Shown piece after piece: positions 25,251 through 39,445 of a stretch of 64,000 bases of DNA. Position 1 is the first letter of the stretch. Every line of letters begins with the position of its first letter. Both the position numbers and the translations under genes were made by a program. Source of the DNA: Tubiluchus corallicola (Eukaryota; Animalia; Priapulida); assembly GCA_030141605.1 (NCBI GenBank), contig JAQGDQ010000603.1:62001-126000 (forward strand). The letters run 5' to 3'. A model generated the notes under the pieces. It was not told where the DNA came from. It was given only the letters and a program-made list of their open reading frames with translations, and did not search any database.

Positions 25251-26526
25251 TGATTGGCCGGACGGACGGATCGTGACAACAAGATGGGAATCTAATCATT
25301 TTGATGGCTACTTAGCTTGGAATGACACCTGCGTGTGGGCGGGGGGGGGGGGTTGAATATATGCACCTGACCAGTGAACTGCGTTATACACTATTTGCCA
25401 AAAGTCTGGAATGGAGAAAATCCGTTTATGGAGGGGGTCCTGAGTTGGGTGTATTGAGTTCATGCAAGAGACTTTTGCCGTAAATTTTCTGTAACGTCAT
25501 GCGTGAATGAGAGAATGAATGAATGAATGAATGAATGAATGAATGAATTAGTGAATGAATGCAGCAGAAAATGTTTAACGTCTCGTGATTTATGCCATTA
25601 GGGAGACAACCGTATTCGGGGAAAGAGGACCGCAAAAGTGGTATCAAAAACGGAAGCCGCTCAGAGACAGCCTATATGTAATTCATAACACAAAATGGAA
25701 CTAAAAAAGTCCCTAAAGGCTTCTTTGTAGTAATAAACAATGTTAGAAATAAAACAATGAAACAAGCATAGATGACATTATAGTTTTAACCAAAGTTGAA
25801 CAACCATGGATCTTAAAGATTATTAGAAAATGACGACTAAGCTTGTTCGCAAAGTTTGCTGCAAATTTTAGCAAGATGATGCCAAGATCGTCGACATTTC
25901 TGCCTAAAGTTTTTACATTACCTTGTTGTAAAACGAAAGTTCTTACCTCACAACGAAAACTGAACCACAAACTTTCTCCACGATCTCGTAGTTCTAGTAA
26001 CTGACGTCAGAAGACCACTTCGTTTTAAGGTTAGAAAATAAAACTGGTCAACATGCTTAATTACTGCTTTCTGTTTGACAAGTCCGTGCTAATGGAGGGT
26101 TGCCCTTTTAATTACGCCACAAGTCAGACTGCCAGAGTACAATTACAAAATCAGCAAAATTCTTGCTTTAAGGGAATAAGTACAATGCGCAGTTTTTAGA
26201 GATTAGTGTTACCTAAAATGTTAAATAAAATTACTTGTGGTCAATACAAACAATTTTTTATTGTGACCAGTGCACAGTACATTTTTGCACAATGTTCTGG
26301 ACCGATTTCGATGGCTTAGTGGCCTAAAACTACGGATTGCAGACACGCTTATTACTGTATTACTAACATGTTTATTGACCGACTTACAATCCATACAATT
26401 ACAATTGTAATCACAAGTTACAAAACATTACATAAGCAATGCAGTACATTACAACGAAGAAAAAACTACACAGACAAAACCCAGCACTTGGGGTATAATC
26501 GTCAACACAATACACAGTAAAACACA

Positions 26527-26527
<1 letters not shown>

Positions 26528-26619
<92 letters not shown>

Positions 26620-26704
26620 TAATAATAATAATAGTAATAATAATAATAATATAATAATAATAATAACAGTAATAATAATAGTAATAATAATAATAATAAT
26701 AATA
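26528..26704. repeat. (AAT)n microsatellite
   Basis: Direct reading. Confidence 0.95.
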
Positions 26705-27569
26705 AGTAGTTAATTTCCAGTAGTTAAATATTTCAATTATATTATATAATGTTAAGTTATTTTACAAAATTTAGTACAGAACGAATTTGCATGAATTTTA
26801 GAATTGCAATTACATCTTCCAACAAATTTATACTGTAGAAAATAGTATTATATTAAAATTACATTTTACAAAATGGTAACGTACATTTAAAGTGAAGCGT
26901 TACAAATATTGTATATAATGAAGATCTTACACTATTAAATAGAACAACAGGTAAGCTCAATTTTGTAAATTTCGTTTTGTAAAACACTCAGTAATATATC
27001 TTGACACTAAATTTGTCATTTCAAAGTCACTGCCCTCTTAACAGCACAATAAAGTTTTGGTCCATAAGTAGATTAATAAAAGTACAAAATGCATTTCATT
27101 TTCAATTTTTCCTTCATTGCAATATTTTTACTTATACGATTGTTAACAGGTATTATGGATACCAATGTCGTCGTTCTTCTGTATACAAGTTGTGAGAACT
27201 GATACACAGTTTAGTAAAGTTCGATCTTAGTACATGATTATGTATAAAAAGGAGATACTTTTTGGTTTCAAATTCTTGCTTAAATTTTATATAGTTTCGT
27301 AGTTTATTAGTTTCACCTGTTTTGACGTTTTTTGTAACACATTCCCTGCAAGAAAATTTTATAATTTGTTTGTAGTTTCTCCTTTAAAGCATGTAGACAA
27401 ATAATAAATAATGATAATGTATAAATACGTTATCAAAGTTTGGTTTGTGTTTCAAAGTTTAACTGCTACCACCAGAATATATATAGATATAAAAATAATA
27501 AACTAATAATAAACTAATAATAAACTAATAATAAATAATAAAAAACTAATGAAAATAAGTCTATTTTGG

Positions 27570-27840
27570 TTGTGTATATATATATATGTATATATGTACA
27601 CACACACACGCACACGCACACGCACACACACACACACGCACGCACGCACGCACACGTACGCACGCACGCACACGCACACACACACACAAATATATATGTA
27701 TATACGTGTATATAGATATGTATAATATATGTATATATAGATATATGTATATATGTGCATAAATCAATATATGTGTGTGTGTGTGTGTGCGTGCGTGTGC
27801 GTGTGGGTGTGCGTGTGTGTGTGTGTACATATATGTACAC
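27570..27840. repeat. Compound alternating purine-pyrimidine tract: (CA/CG)n - (TA)n - (TG/CG)n
   Basis: Direct reading; the two arms are approximately complementary. Confidence 0.9.
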
Positions 27841-27957
27841 TACTGCCACGCAAGAGGTACGTCAGCGCCACTTCAGTTGCAATTTGATACACTGATAATT
27901 ACATAGTGCATAATACAATACTCTTATGGAGTTGCATCGCAGTATTGTATTACGCAT

Positions 27958-28240
27958 TAGGGTGAATATTCGCTACTAGAAAGCAAATTAGAATCGAGTT
28001 GAATTTTTGACTTTCGGCACTTTGGAATCTGAATCGAATTCAAATTCAGTTTTAAAAATTATTGAGTAAATTTTTGAATCACTAATGCGTCACAAAAATC
28101 ACGCATATTATTTGATTTTGAACTGCAGTAAAACACTGATAGTTTGATTAAAAATTATGCAAGATTCAAATTGAAAACTGTGTTGTGAACAGGGGTAACG
28201 AATTTGAATCGAACGAGCTTTTTAGTTCTAATCAGATTCT
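27958..28240 (+). mobile_element. hAT-like MITE fragment (TAGGGTGA end, TCGAAT repeats)
   Basis: Homologous to 31422-31818. Confidence 0.55.
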
Positions 28241-28308
28241 AACGTAAAATTATTGGTGCGAATAAGGCAACACTTCAACTATATAGTTTTTTACGTTCTT
28301 TATCAATA

Positions 28309-29078
<770 letters not shown>

Positions 29079-29444
29079 ATATTTACTTCGAGTAGTTCAA
29101 AGAACTATAGAAGTTCCGTAATATTACAACAAACAGTTAGCACAAAAACCTCAGTGGCGCACAATTATACAAAAACAACATTAACTATCTGTAAACAAAA
29201 TACTCTGATAAATAACTAGGCGGAAATGCAGTAGTAGCTTTTGGACCAAATGTAAGGGGATGACCCCTATAATGTTCGTCTTGCTGTGCCTTGAACTGTT
29301 GCATTAAATCAAAGATCTTGCATTATGTGATAGGGTATTCCAAACCATCGTAGAGGTCAGCATGTTCTATCCAGTTCTATAATACGTTCTCGGTTTATAG
29401 AGAATTGGTCTTTCTATGCCGTAGAGAAATTTATAACCGATACC

Positions 29445-29681
29445 TGTGCGCAATTTTTAAACATGTTATTAGTGTTTGTGCTGCCGAACAAAATCAGGTC
29501 ATATGCATGATTTTTGAAAGGCCGCAAATTATGACTGATTCGAAAATTCATTCGAAAATACTTTAAGCTGAATTCTAGTTCGTTTCGGATTCGAAATCTC
29601 GAATTTCAGTTTAATTTGAGTTTGAAAGTCACACAAATTCGATTCGAATTCACTTTTCTTGTGAAGAGTGCTCACGCTAGT
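29445..29681 (-). mobile_element. hAT-like MITE fragment, reverse orientation
   Basis: Matches 2755-2972 directly and 31422-31650 inverted. Confidence 0.55.
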
Positions 29682-29732
29682 CGAATTTGTCGAACAAAAT
29701 ATCTTGTGTCGCAGATGCGAGAATTTAATTTA

Positions 29733-30570
29733 CAGTTTGTTATTAATTTTGATTTGCAGTTTTAAACTTTAGTTTTTCATTACCACTAAGTCAGTGCTGA
29801 CATCTGTTTGTACACTTTGAAGTTTTCAATATATCTACGTACTTGCTACTGCTATATGTTTGTAGGTAACTGGGTTACTTGGCTTCTCTGTGAGTGTAGT
29901 AGTTTTTCAAACTTGGTAGTAAGATTAGAAGGCAAGCAATAGACTTAAACTGTGGGACCTGTACGGCGTACCTGAAGTAGGTTTCAGAAAAATCCCCGTA
30001 AAACATTATAAACTTCACAGCACGTTTATGCACATTTCGTATTTGCGTTGAAAGGAATTTTTGTTTGTTTTCATTTTAAATCTCCCGCAATAGTGTCCCG
30101 ACCGCGCCATTACGTGACACCACTTCCGTAAACGTAAATCAGGAGAAGAAAAAGAAATGTTAAATTATGTCCCAAAAAACTCCGGGCAAATCTATATGAC
30201 TTAGCATTTCGCTTACCTGCTGGAAAGACTTGTGTAACTAGAAATAACAGTTTAAAATGTTTGTGCCAATTGGTAAAATGTTGGCTTTTTTGCTGACTCA
30301 CCCTTTAGGGTGCGCCACTTACTAACCAAAAACGTACTTTAATTGGTTGCAGTTTATTATTAGTTTTGATTTGTAGTTTTAAGCTTTAGTTTTTCATTAC
30401 CACTAAGTCAGTGCTGACATCTGTTTGTAGACTATGAAGTTTTCAATATATGTATGTATGTACTTGCTACTGCTATATGTTTGTAGGTAACTGGGTTACT
30501 TGGCTTCTCTATGAGTGTAGTAGTTTTTCACACTAGGTAGCAAGATTAGAAGGCAAGCAATAGACTTAAA
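29733..30570. repeat. ~220-bp direct repeat (29733-29949 and 30350-30570) flanking ~400 bp of unique sequence
   Basis: CATTACCACTAAGTCAGTGCTGACATCTG...GCAAGCAATAGACTTAAA occurs twice. Confidence 0.85.
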
Positions 30571-31421
30571 TAGTTGTGACAACGTTTTGACTCAGATGCC
30601 ATGATATATTGGCTGATGGATTTACTTTGACTTTTGTTTACTACTGTTGATTATGTTTACCATTTTTGTGTATAGGTATCAGACTATGATTTTGAGTGAA
30701 ATACAGATTGCAAAGTTAAACCACGTTTTCAGTGATTGATTTCATCTATTTAGCACGAACATCGCAACTTCAAAAACAGTCTGATAAATCTGCCAATGTC
30801 AGTTGTTGACTATCCCCAAATCACCCCAGCGACAAGTTTAACATCAGGATATCTTGCATTGCTGACGGAAGCGCTTTGCTACATTTTTGGCATAATACTA
30901 CTGCTGACATATTGAACTGATATTCATACTAGCTCATATCTAACGCAAATAAAAACAATAAATAAAAATCAGTCCTGTTGAGATTGGTTTTGAGTAGTTT
31001 ACGTTGGTTTGAAAGTTTATTAACCTGTGCTAACATTGCTGACTATACTCTATTTATTTTCTACACGCATTGGCCATGAACTTCTAGAGGTTCGTGCATA
31101 ATTTGCTACATAGGCATAAATACACGATGAAACGTAACGTAACAACACTGGTAGACCTATGTTTGAAGTTATTCAAACTGCTTTCCTCCAGTTTGCAAAA
31201 GAGTTCATATTACTGCCATAACTAGGTAGCTAGGTCCACTCCCAGGGACTTCAACATTGCATAAAAGTCGCTGGGTTGTGTTGTGCTTGTCCAGTGAATG
31301 TGCGCGTTGCTGAAATTTACAGATATCATTTTATGTTGCAGCAAAATCGTTTGTAGTTGTTTTATCCAGGTAACAAAGACGTCTAGTTTGTGCTAAAGTA
31401 CTGAAATAGACTAGTTAACAT

Positions 31422-31818
31422 TAGGGCTGAGCATTCTCTACCAGACAGCGAATTCGAATCGAATCGAATGTGTTACTTTCGAATTCTAATCGAATCGAAT
31501 TTCAGTATTTCGGATTCGAATCGAATTCGTACTCAGTTTGAAAGATTTTCGAACCACCGGTAAAAAGCGGTCTTACAGAGATTGTGCATATTATTCGATT
31601 TTGTTCTGCAGTAAAATCACCAATAATTTATTTAAAAATTGTACAGAGAAATCACAGCTATATTGTGCCAATTGTATGAAGTTTGATAAGTTTTAATGAT
31701 AAGGAATCCATGTGGCCGAAGTGTTGAATTATTAGAATTTATAATTTTACGTTCGAATCGAATTCGAACTAAAAAAAACTCGCTCAAATCGAATTCGAAC
31801 GTTCGATGCTCACTCTTA
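31422..31818. mobile_element. hAT-like MITE upstream of BHMT copy 2
   Basis: Imperfect TIRs TAGGGCTGAGCA / TGCTCACTCTTA, subterminal TCGAAT repeats, imperfect 8-bp TSD GTTAACAT / TTTAACGT; absent at the paralogous site of copy 1 (~4760). Confidence 0.7.
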
Positions 31819-32287
31819 TTTAACGTAGGCTATAGCATGTAATTTTAGAAGTTGGTGCAGTGAATGGGCTAAAGATAGACCATTGTCTGACGATGTTTAT
31901 TAAAATTTACAGCAGCATTACTGCCCAAAAGTGCCCGAAAGAATTCACGTGATCTGTGATAAATGATTAACGTGGTTATGGACAATGTGGATAAAAATGA
32001 ATCTACGTAACCCAGATATTTTTCATTTCTAATTTGATTTGGAATTAAACTGAGGGACTAAAATCAAGCTGCTAGTAAATAAGCAATGAGCTTATCGACT
32101 TTTAGTAGATAGCAAGTGCAAAATATCAATATTTATAAATGTATTAATATGTTTAGTGATATTCGTTTTTTCTTTGTTAATTATATTTACTTCAGTATGT
32201 CCATAAATGGCACACTAACTTGTGAGATCTATTTACTGTGCTTTTCCAGTTTTTTTAGACTTTAGATCGTAAAACAAGGTTACAGCC

Positions 32288-35200
32288 ATGACCGACGAAA
32301 ATGGACCAAAAGTAAAAGGTGAGCAAACCAAAACAATTACGTAACGTTCACTTGGACCAAATTTGCTGTTCACATTAACGTTCACTTGGACCAAATTTGC
32401 TGTTCACATTAACGTTCACTTGGATCAAATTTGCTGTTCACATTAACGTTCACTTGGATCAAATTTGCTGTTCACATTAACGTTCGTTTGGATCAAATTT
32501 GCTGTTCACATTAACGTTCACTTTGATCAAATTTGCTGTTCACATTAACGTTCACTTGGATCAAATTTGCTGTTCACATTAACGTTCGTTTGGATCAAAT
32601 TTGCTGTTCACATTAACGTTCACTTTGATCAAATTTGCTGTTCACATTAACGTTCACTTTGATCAAATTTGCTGTTCACATTAACGTTCACTTGGATCAA
32701 ATTTGCTGTTCACATTACTAAATTAAAGGTGGTGATTTTTCATATCAAGATTGTGTACAAAAATTAAAAGCACGCATTCACTGTTTGCCACACAGCTTCT
32801 TAACAGCAACTGTTCTTTTAGCAATGCAAATGAATAGCTAAAAGGCTACAATACATAATTACCAGCTAAACTTAAAACATCCAGCCTGGTAAGCGAAAGA
32901 ATCGATGACCACTGGGTTCAATACTCGTTCTGGCAATTTGGTCTGCCAAACTGCCATTTTGTTGGAGGTTGCTCACCTCGCGTAGGAGGGGATTTAAGCA
33001 TCCGAGCATGAATAAGACACCTGTGCCCATCCAACGCCTACGATGACATCTTAAATAATGAGCTAGATTTCAGTCCTACCACTACCATCTAGATTAGGTA
33101 GGCCCTACAGTCCGATGCTGTCCACAGCTGACGGTGTGCCAAATTTTGATATAAAAAAACAAGATGCAGCCGCTTGTTTCGTACACTCTGAACATACTCT
33201 AGCTGTTTTTTATTGCGCGACCATAATAACCTATTTTGGTGGACTTGATGAACGTAACTTTGGTGGACTTGATGAACGTAATTTTCGTGGACTTGATGAA
33301 CGTAATTTTCGTGGACTTGATGAACGTAACTTTGGTGGACTTGATGAACGTAACTTTGGTGGACTTGATGAACGTAATTTTCGTGGACTTGATGAACGTA
33401 ATTTTCGTGGACTTTATGAACGTAACTTTGGTGGACTTGATGAACGTAACTTTGGTGGACTTGATGAACGTAAATTTGGTGGACTTGATGAACTTAATTT
33501 TGGTGGACTTGATGAACGTAATTTTGGTGGACTTGATGAACGTAATTTTGGTGGACTTGATGAACGTAATTTTCGTGGACTTGATGAACGTAATTTTCGT
33601 GGACTTGATGAACGTAATTTTGAGCGTCCATTCATTAAACCGACGAACATATTTCGAAGAACGTGTTGAACGTCTGTTTACTATTTCAATGGACTTGTTG
33701 GACATTATTCTGGACGCAATGGACGGAGTTAAACGCCAGTGTACTAAACTGATGAACTTATGTACGTAATCTTGAACATAACTTCAAGTACAAAATTTAC
33801 TTCATTTTGAAGGCATGTGTGCTCATCGTTTATTTAAAAACAAGTGAGTTTCTTGTTCTAGCGGCGACGATGCACAAACGCCAAGCTACTTGCGCTGAAT
33901 TTGTTTGTTTGTTGATACAAATGTGTTGCATTTACACTGTAAAATAAGTATGTGAACCTCTGCGACTTGACTATCTCCCCAGTATAGACTTCCCTAATTC
34001 AGACCTCCATCAGTGCAGACCTCCCCAATGTAGACCCCCTCAATGTAGATATTCCCTTTGATTAGAACTCCTAGTGACAAGTTCTTAGCTTTTTTTTAGT
34101 TTATTGTTATCAGTTTTTCTTGTTGTTGAGATCTGTAAGGTTAGAATTAAACAAGCTCAAACGAGCCATAACATCCCAGAAGGCAGCTGGGAACGTGAAC
34201 AAACAAGCAGCGTTTGCAAAGCAAACTGTCCGCAAGGACAAGAACAAGAACAACCCAAACAACATCCTATTTTACGTTGTAAAAAGTCTAATCTGGCACG
34301 CCTTTAATAGGCCCTACACTTTATCAATCATCGCGATACTGCTCCATTAACAGTCAAAGTTCATTTTTGCTTCTCTACCTAGACTGACTAAAAGTAAAAG
34401 CCTGATTACTGCAACTATTAATAGATTTTGTATTTCAAAACGAAAGAAATTAAATGTACAATTGATGTGCTTGGTTTGAGTATTTCATCACAAAACTAAC
34501 TTAACTAACGAGTCACAGCTTCTGTACAGATTTCTGTAGCATGTACTGTGTTAATAAGTTTTATTTTAGGACTTTTGGAAAGACTCAAAGATGGCGAATT
34601 TGTCATTTGTGCGGAAGGATTTCTGTTCGAATTCGAGCGCCGTGGATTTCTAAAAGCTGGACATTTTGTACCGGAAGTGGTCATAGAACATCCTCATTTA
34701 GTCAGGCAATTGCACCATGAATACGCACGCGTCGGTAGTGACGTTGTCTTGGCTTTTACGGTTAGTACGTTGGACGAAAGTGTGTCATAAGTTTTCCAAG
34801 TTGAGTTACCGCAATGGAAGAACATGGTTCAGCAAGCTACGTACATTAAGGGTGTGGCCGAAAATCTGTTCTAAAATATTTTTAAGGCAAATCACTGAAA
34901 TAAGACCAGTACAACTCTAGGTAAAAGTCTACAGTTGAAAGGTGAATATATGAACAGTAGTACAGAAAACTAGAATTATTATAGAACTTAGTATCTGTAT
35001 GTTTACCTTGAAACAGAAATAGTTGCATCTTTCAGGAAAAGAATTTTGTGGTAAATAATTCAAAACAGGATTCATAAATGATTCACCTTCACCTAGAAAC
35101 GTAAGCAAAAAGCTGAGGAGGAGCAGCAGCTTTACTCAGCGTCACGGCTGACTGATTGACTACACGGCTATCTGGCTGTCTCTTTGGTTGTTTGACAGAC

Positions 35201-38200
35201 TACCTGCTTGGTCGATCAAACGACAAGTTGACTACTTCTTGACTGCGTGGGCTAGTTATTTAACAAACTAGTCAACTGATCGACCTGAGTGGTGATTCTA
35301 AGAAGTAACTGATTGTCTAAATGAGTCTAAAAGTCGTAAAATGACTGACTCACTGACGTATATGGACATGTATGGTATATGATGTAGATTTTTTTCATTT
35401 TCAGTATTATGCGCACAGAGGGAAACTGAGATTCATAGGAAAGGAACATGAATTGGAAACCATAAACAGAGCAGCTCTACGAATTGCACGTGAAGTTGCC
35501 GATGAGACTGGAACACTGATGGCGGGAAATATTTGTAACTCGAATATTTATACGTTTCCAACAAACAAGGAAAATGAGGAAGAAGTTAGACAAATGTTTC
35601 GAGTAAGCTTAGAAACTTCTGCTACTTTTGTTAAGTTAATGTGATCGAAATAAATAATGTGTGCAAATGAAACATTCTGCTTCATATGTCTAATGACGTG
35701 CTAATCAATCCCATCAAGATTAAACTTCATCTGCATCTCTACCTGTACCAGTACTTGTAGCTGTACTCTTTGCCTGTACCTGTAACTATACCTGTATCTG
35801 TCACTGCAGCTGTACCCATACCTGTACCTGTACTTGTATCCAATTCGTGGGAAATCTGATTAAATTGTTATGTTTAATTTTGTTTGTGATTGTCAAGTTA
35901 GTCACTTGTTTATTTATTTGCAACGTTATATTACAAATAAGCACATTGAAAACTTAAAAATGCGCGTGATTTTGGATATTACTTTCTTGGTATTGAATTT
36001 AACGTTAATGCCTGCTACAATTCCCGTAAAAAGGCATTTATATTCTGTAAAATCCGTTTATATTTTTGATTTTTGTAGTTCTTCGTTGTTGGTCACTCTG
36101 TGACGAGCTACAAGCGAAAATGAGAGCGACGCATGATAAGCATGCTGCTCGACACGTTATTAAATCATGTGGGGCTTGGAATTTCCTAAATTTATGAAAA
36201 AATACCCTCTGCTAAAAACGAATCATTAGGATGATAATGGTTATGGTAACTTGCGTTATGTAGTAGTCATTTTTGCAAGTCTGGTAGGGTCTATTTTCTC
36301 TACATTTGCAATTCTAGTACTTTATCATCTAGTACTTATAAATGTTGCATTGCTTCTGGATACCAAAACTGTGGCTTGAAATTTGAATACATTTGGTAAA
36401 ATCGAATCACTGCAGCAACATAAACAGTACACATTCACACGTGCTTTAATACTTTCACATTCACACGTGCTGTAATACTTTCACATTCACACGTGTCACT
36501 TCAACCCTGCAAGTATGCAAGCACTTCTATAAATATACAAAATAACCAACGTACATGTTGAAAAAAATGAAATAACAGGAACGAATAACGTATCTTTTCT
36601 GTTAAAAAGAAGACTAAAACAAGACACTTATATGCAGTAGTATTTGGCATATCCAAGAAACATTTTTTGTTTTAGGAACAGGTGGCTTGGGCACTCGAAG
36701 AAGGGGCTGATTTCATACTAATGGAAACAACATCTTATCTTGGTGAAGCAATGATTGCACTAGAAGAAATTAAAGCAACCGGTAAACAATTAAAGCAAGA
36801 AACTAACAATCTTTCTAGCATTGTACTCCATCTGTGATACCAATTTTCATATGCTTTTACACTATGTTTGAATCATTACGGCTCTTTATGGTAATTCGAT
36901 TCAAACACGATAGATGGTGATGACTTTTGACATCATTCGTTAATGAAATTATTAAAATTTGAAGCCTAACACCAATTATTTGTTTACTCATTGATAGCCC
37001 CTCTGTTTATAAATCATAATCCCTCTGTGATGGGCACTTCTTAGGCACATATGACAACTGACAAAACCTTTATCACAATAAATATGCACTAGATTTAGTC
37101 GTTTTAGTGAAATAAATTAATCAAATCTAAAAACTTCAGAGATTGATTTATTCCTTGATTTCAGGCTTACCAGCTGTTGTCAACTTCCACGTAGCTGTTC
37201 TAGAAACAACATTAGATGACGTACCATTCCCAGAAGCTTTTCAAAAACTAAAAGAAGCTGGAGCAGCCGTAGTGGGACTTAATTGCGGCAGAGGTCCTGC
37301 CACGATAATGCCTACTATAAAAGAAATTCGAAAACAATTCGACGTAAGCAAAAATTGAGTTTTCTTGCTAACACCAAGTAAATTAGCTTGGCCGAGGTAA
37401 AAATATTTTTCACGTAATCAGTATCAAATTAAAGTCTAACCAACATTGCAGGAATATTTCACATAGATTCCTTGCTCTGTAGTAATTTTGAGCCACGTGT
37501 CACTCGAATAGGACTCTCTGCTTTCCTTCCTATGTATACTTAATTTTAATTGAGTGCAGGGTCATATACTGGAGGAAGAATGGCATTGGGAGAAGGGAAG
37601 AAAGGCATAACGAGGTTATGAATATAGATGAGTTGTCACCTGTCCTTAGGCCTATAGGCATGGGCTATGGGTTAGCATAACTTCAAATTACTTTACAACA
37701 GTACAAATTAAAGATATGGTGCCAAAACGATAATAAACAAAATAAATATTCGTACAAAATTGTACAAAAACTATAAATAATTACCAAAAAAGCTAGGCTA
37801 AAGTATACAATTCCCCACACACAAGATATTAGTTCGTGAAGTGGATTAGGATTAGGATATTTAAATTGTGTGGGGAATTATAAACTCCTTCCAAAAACTG
37901 TAACTACAATAAATAGTTTTGTAGGTCACTAATAGTCAAAAACAGTGAAACCATTGGTTGCAAAGTATTTTGAATTCAACAAAAACAAAAGCCCATATTG
38001 TGCATCTACACAGTTTAAACAAAAGCCCATGTTGTGCATTTAGACTGCTTAAACAAAAGCCCATATTGTGCATCTGCACAGCTGAAACAAAATCCCATAT
38101 TGTGTATCTGCACAGCTCAAACAAAATCCCATTCTGTGCATCTACACAGCTTAAATAAAAGCCCATATAGCGCACTTATGGAGCTTAATTTGTAGCGATC

Positions 38201-38789
38201 TTTAGTTTGTGGGTATGCCTTAGACAAAGCTTAGTTAACAGCAATCTATTTGTTTGATTTAGGGACCAATGGCAGCAATACCAGTACCTTTCAGAACAGA
38301 TTCCAAACATCTAAATATGCAATCTTTAAGAGACGAGAACGGTAAGATCCTGTTTTAACTCTTTTGGCCTCCATAAATTTGCTTAAAGACAATTTCATTT
38401 AACTAGAAGTTCAAACTTCACATGCAATTCATTTTAACGGTATGAATGCTGTAAGTCAACGAAAGCAGGGATTAACGCGAGTGAACATCTTATATTTTCC
38501 AGGCGAGAGAGCATTTCCAGAGCTAGAAGCTCATCTCTGTTCCAGAAAACAGATTGCAAAATTCACCCAGGAATGCGAGGACAATAACATACAATTTCTT
38601 GGAATATGCTGTGGCAACATTGTTTGTTACATTAGAACAATCGCAGAGACTCTTGGGAGGCGACCAGAAGCGAGCAAATATTCCCCAGACCTCAAATTGC
38701 ACTTCGGATTTGGGTCCAAAACAACGAACCCCAAACATACGGAATACCATACAGAAGTGGAAGCTAGAAGACTGGGATGGAAAGATTAG
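32288..38789 (+). CDS. BHMT: BHMT-like homocysteine S-methyltransferase, copy 2 (356 aa)
   Basis: Exons 32288-32318, 34570-34760, 35405-35602, 36676-36781, 37165-37343, 38263-38341, 38503-38789; GT-AG, open frame, GLNC and ICCG intact. Confidence 0.92.
32342..32716. repeat. 34-bp minisatellite (TAACGTTCACTTGGATCAAATTTGCTGTTCACAT) x11 in copy 2 intron 1
   Basis: Direct reading; absent from copy 1 intron 1. Confidence 0.93.
33233..33621. repeat. 24-bp minisatellite (AAYTTTSGTGGACTTGATGAACGT), about 16 units
   Basis: Direct reading; explains overlapping ORFs 33115-33669, 33199-33705 and 33236-33769. Confidence 0.93.
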
Positions 38790-39445
38790 ATAAAACTGGA
38801 CAAAATACGAATCTATGTTGGATTTTGTGTATTGGTTTGAGCACATTTACATGGTTCTAAACATAAAGTAACCAATGTATAAAAAACAGTAGGTGGTAGT
38901 CAGGAAAACGGACTGCAAATTTGTACTTTGTTTTACGTAATGAGTCTCTAAATGGTTTGTTATTTCTGTCTTAGATTTGTAAATTAAAGCTTATAAACAT
39001 TTGTAAATAAATGTAGAAATGTTGTGCACCAGATATTTTGAAGTTTTGCTTTATTTTTGGTGTTTGTGATGTTTAATTCTTATTGAAATACAGAATGCTC
39101 TTTTTCTCAATGGCAAGTTGTCTGAAGTAGATTAGACATCATTTCAGAGAAAACGACTTTTTGAAGGTATAATCACAGGGTTCAAAAGGCGGTGAGAAGG
39201 GCTAATTGCTGGCGTTACAGAGAAGCACTGTAATAGCAAATGAAATAACTTATGTCAATCGGACAGATTATGTCCACACAATAAATAACTCAAAATGAGC
39301 TACAAAAATGATACGACTAGCCAGGCGTAACTTAAATAAGATAAATAAATGATGCAGGTTAGGAGAAACAAAAGAACAACGCACAAATTATTATGTAGTT
39401 AAATTTCTTTCGAATATATAATATGCGTCTGTGTTACAAAACATT

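Noticed and set aside
32342-33621. Regular 34-bp and 24-bp arrays as CRISPR
   Set aside because: Units are head-to-tail with no unique spacers, there are no cas genes, and the context is a eukaryotic intron
33115-33669. NFGGLDER-repeat ORF as a neuropeptide precursor
   Set aside because: No signal peptide or dibasic sites; its N-terminal part is ordinary intron sequence shared with copy 1
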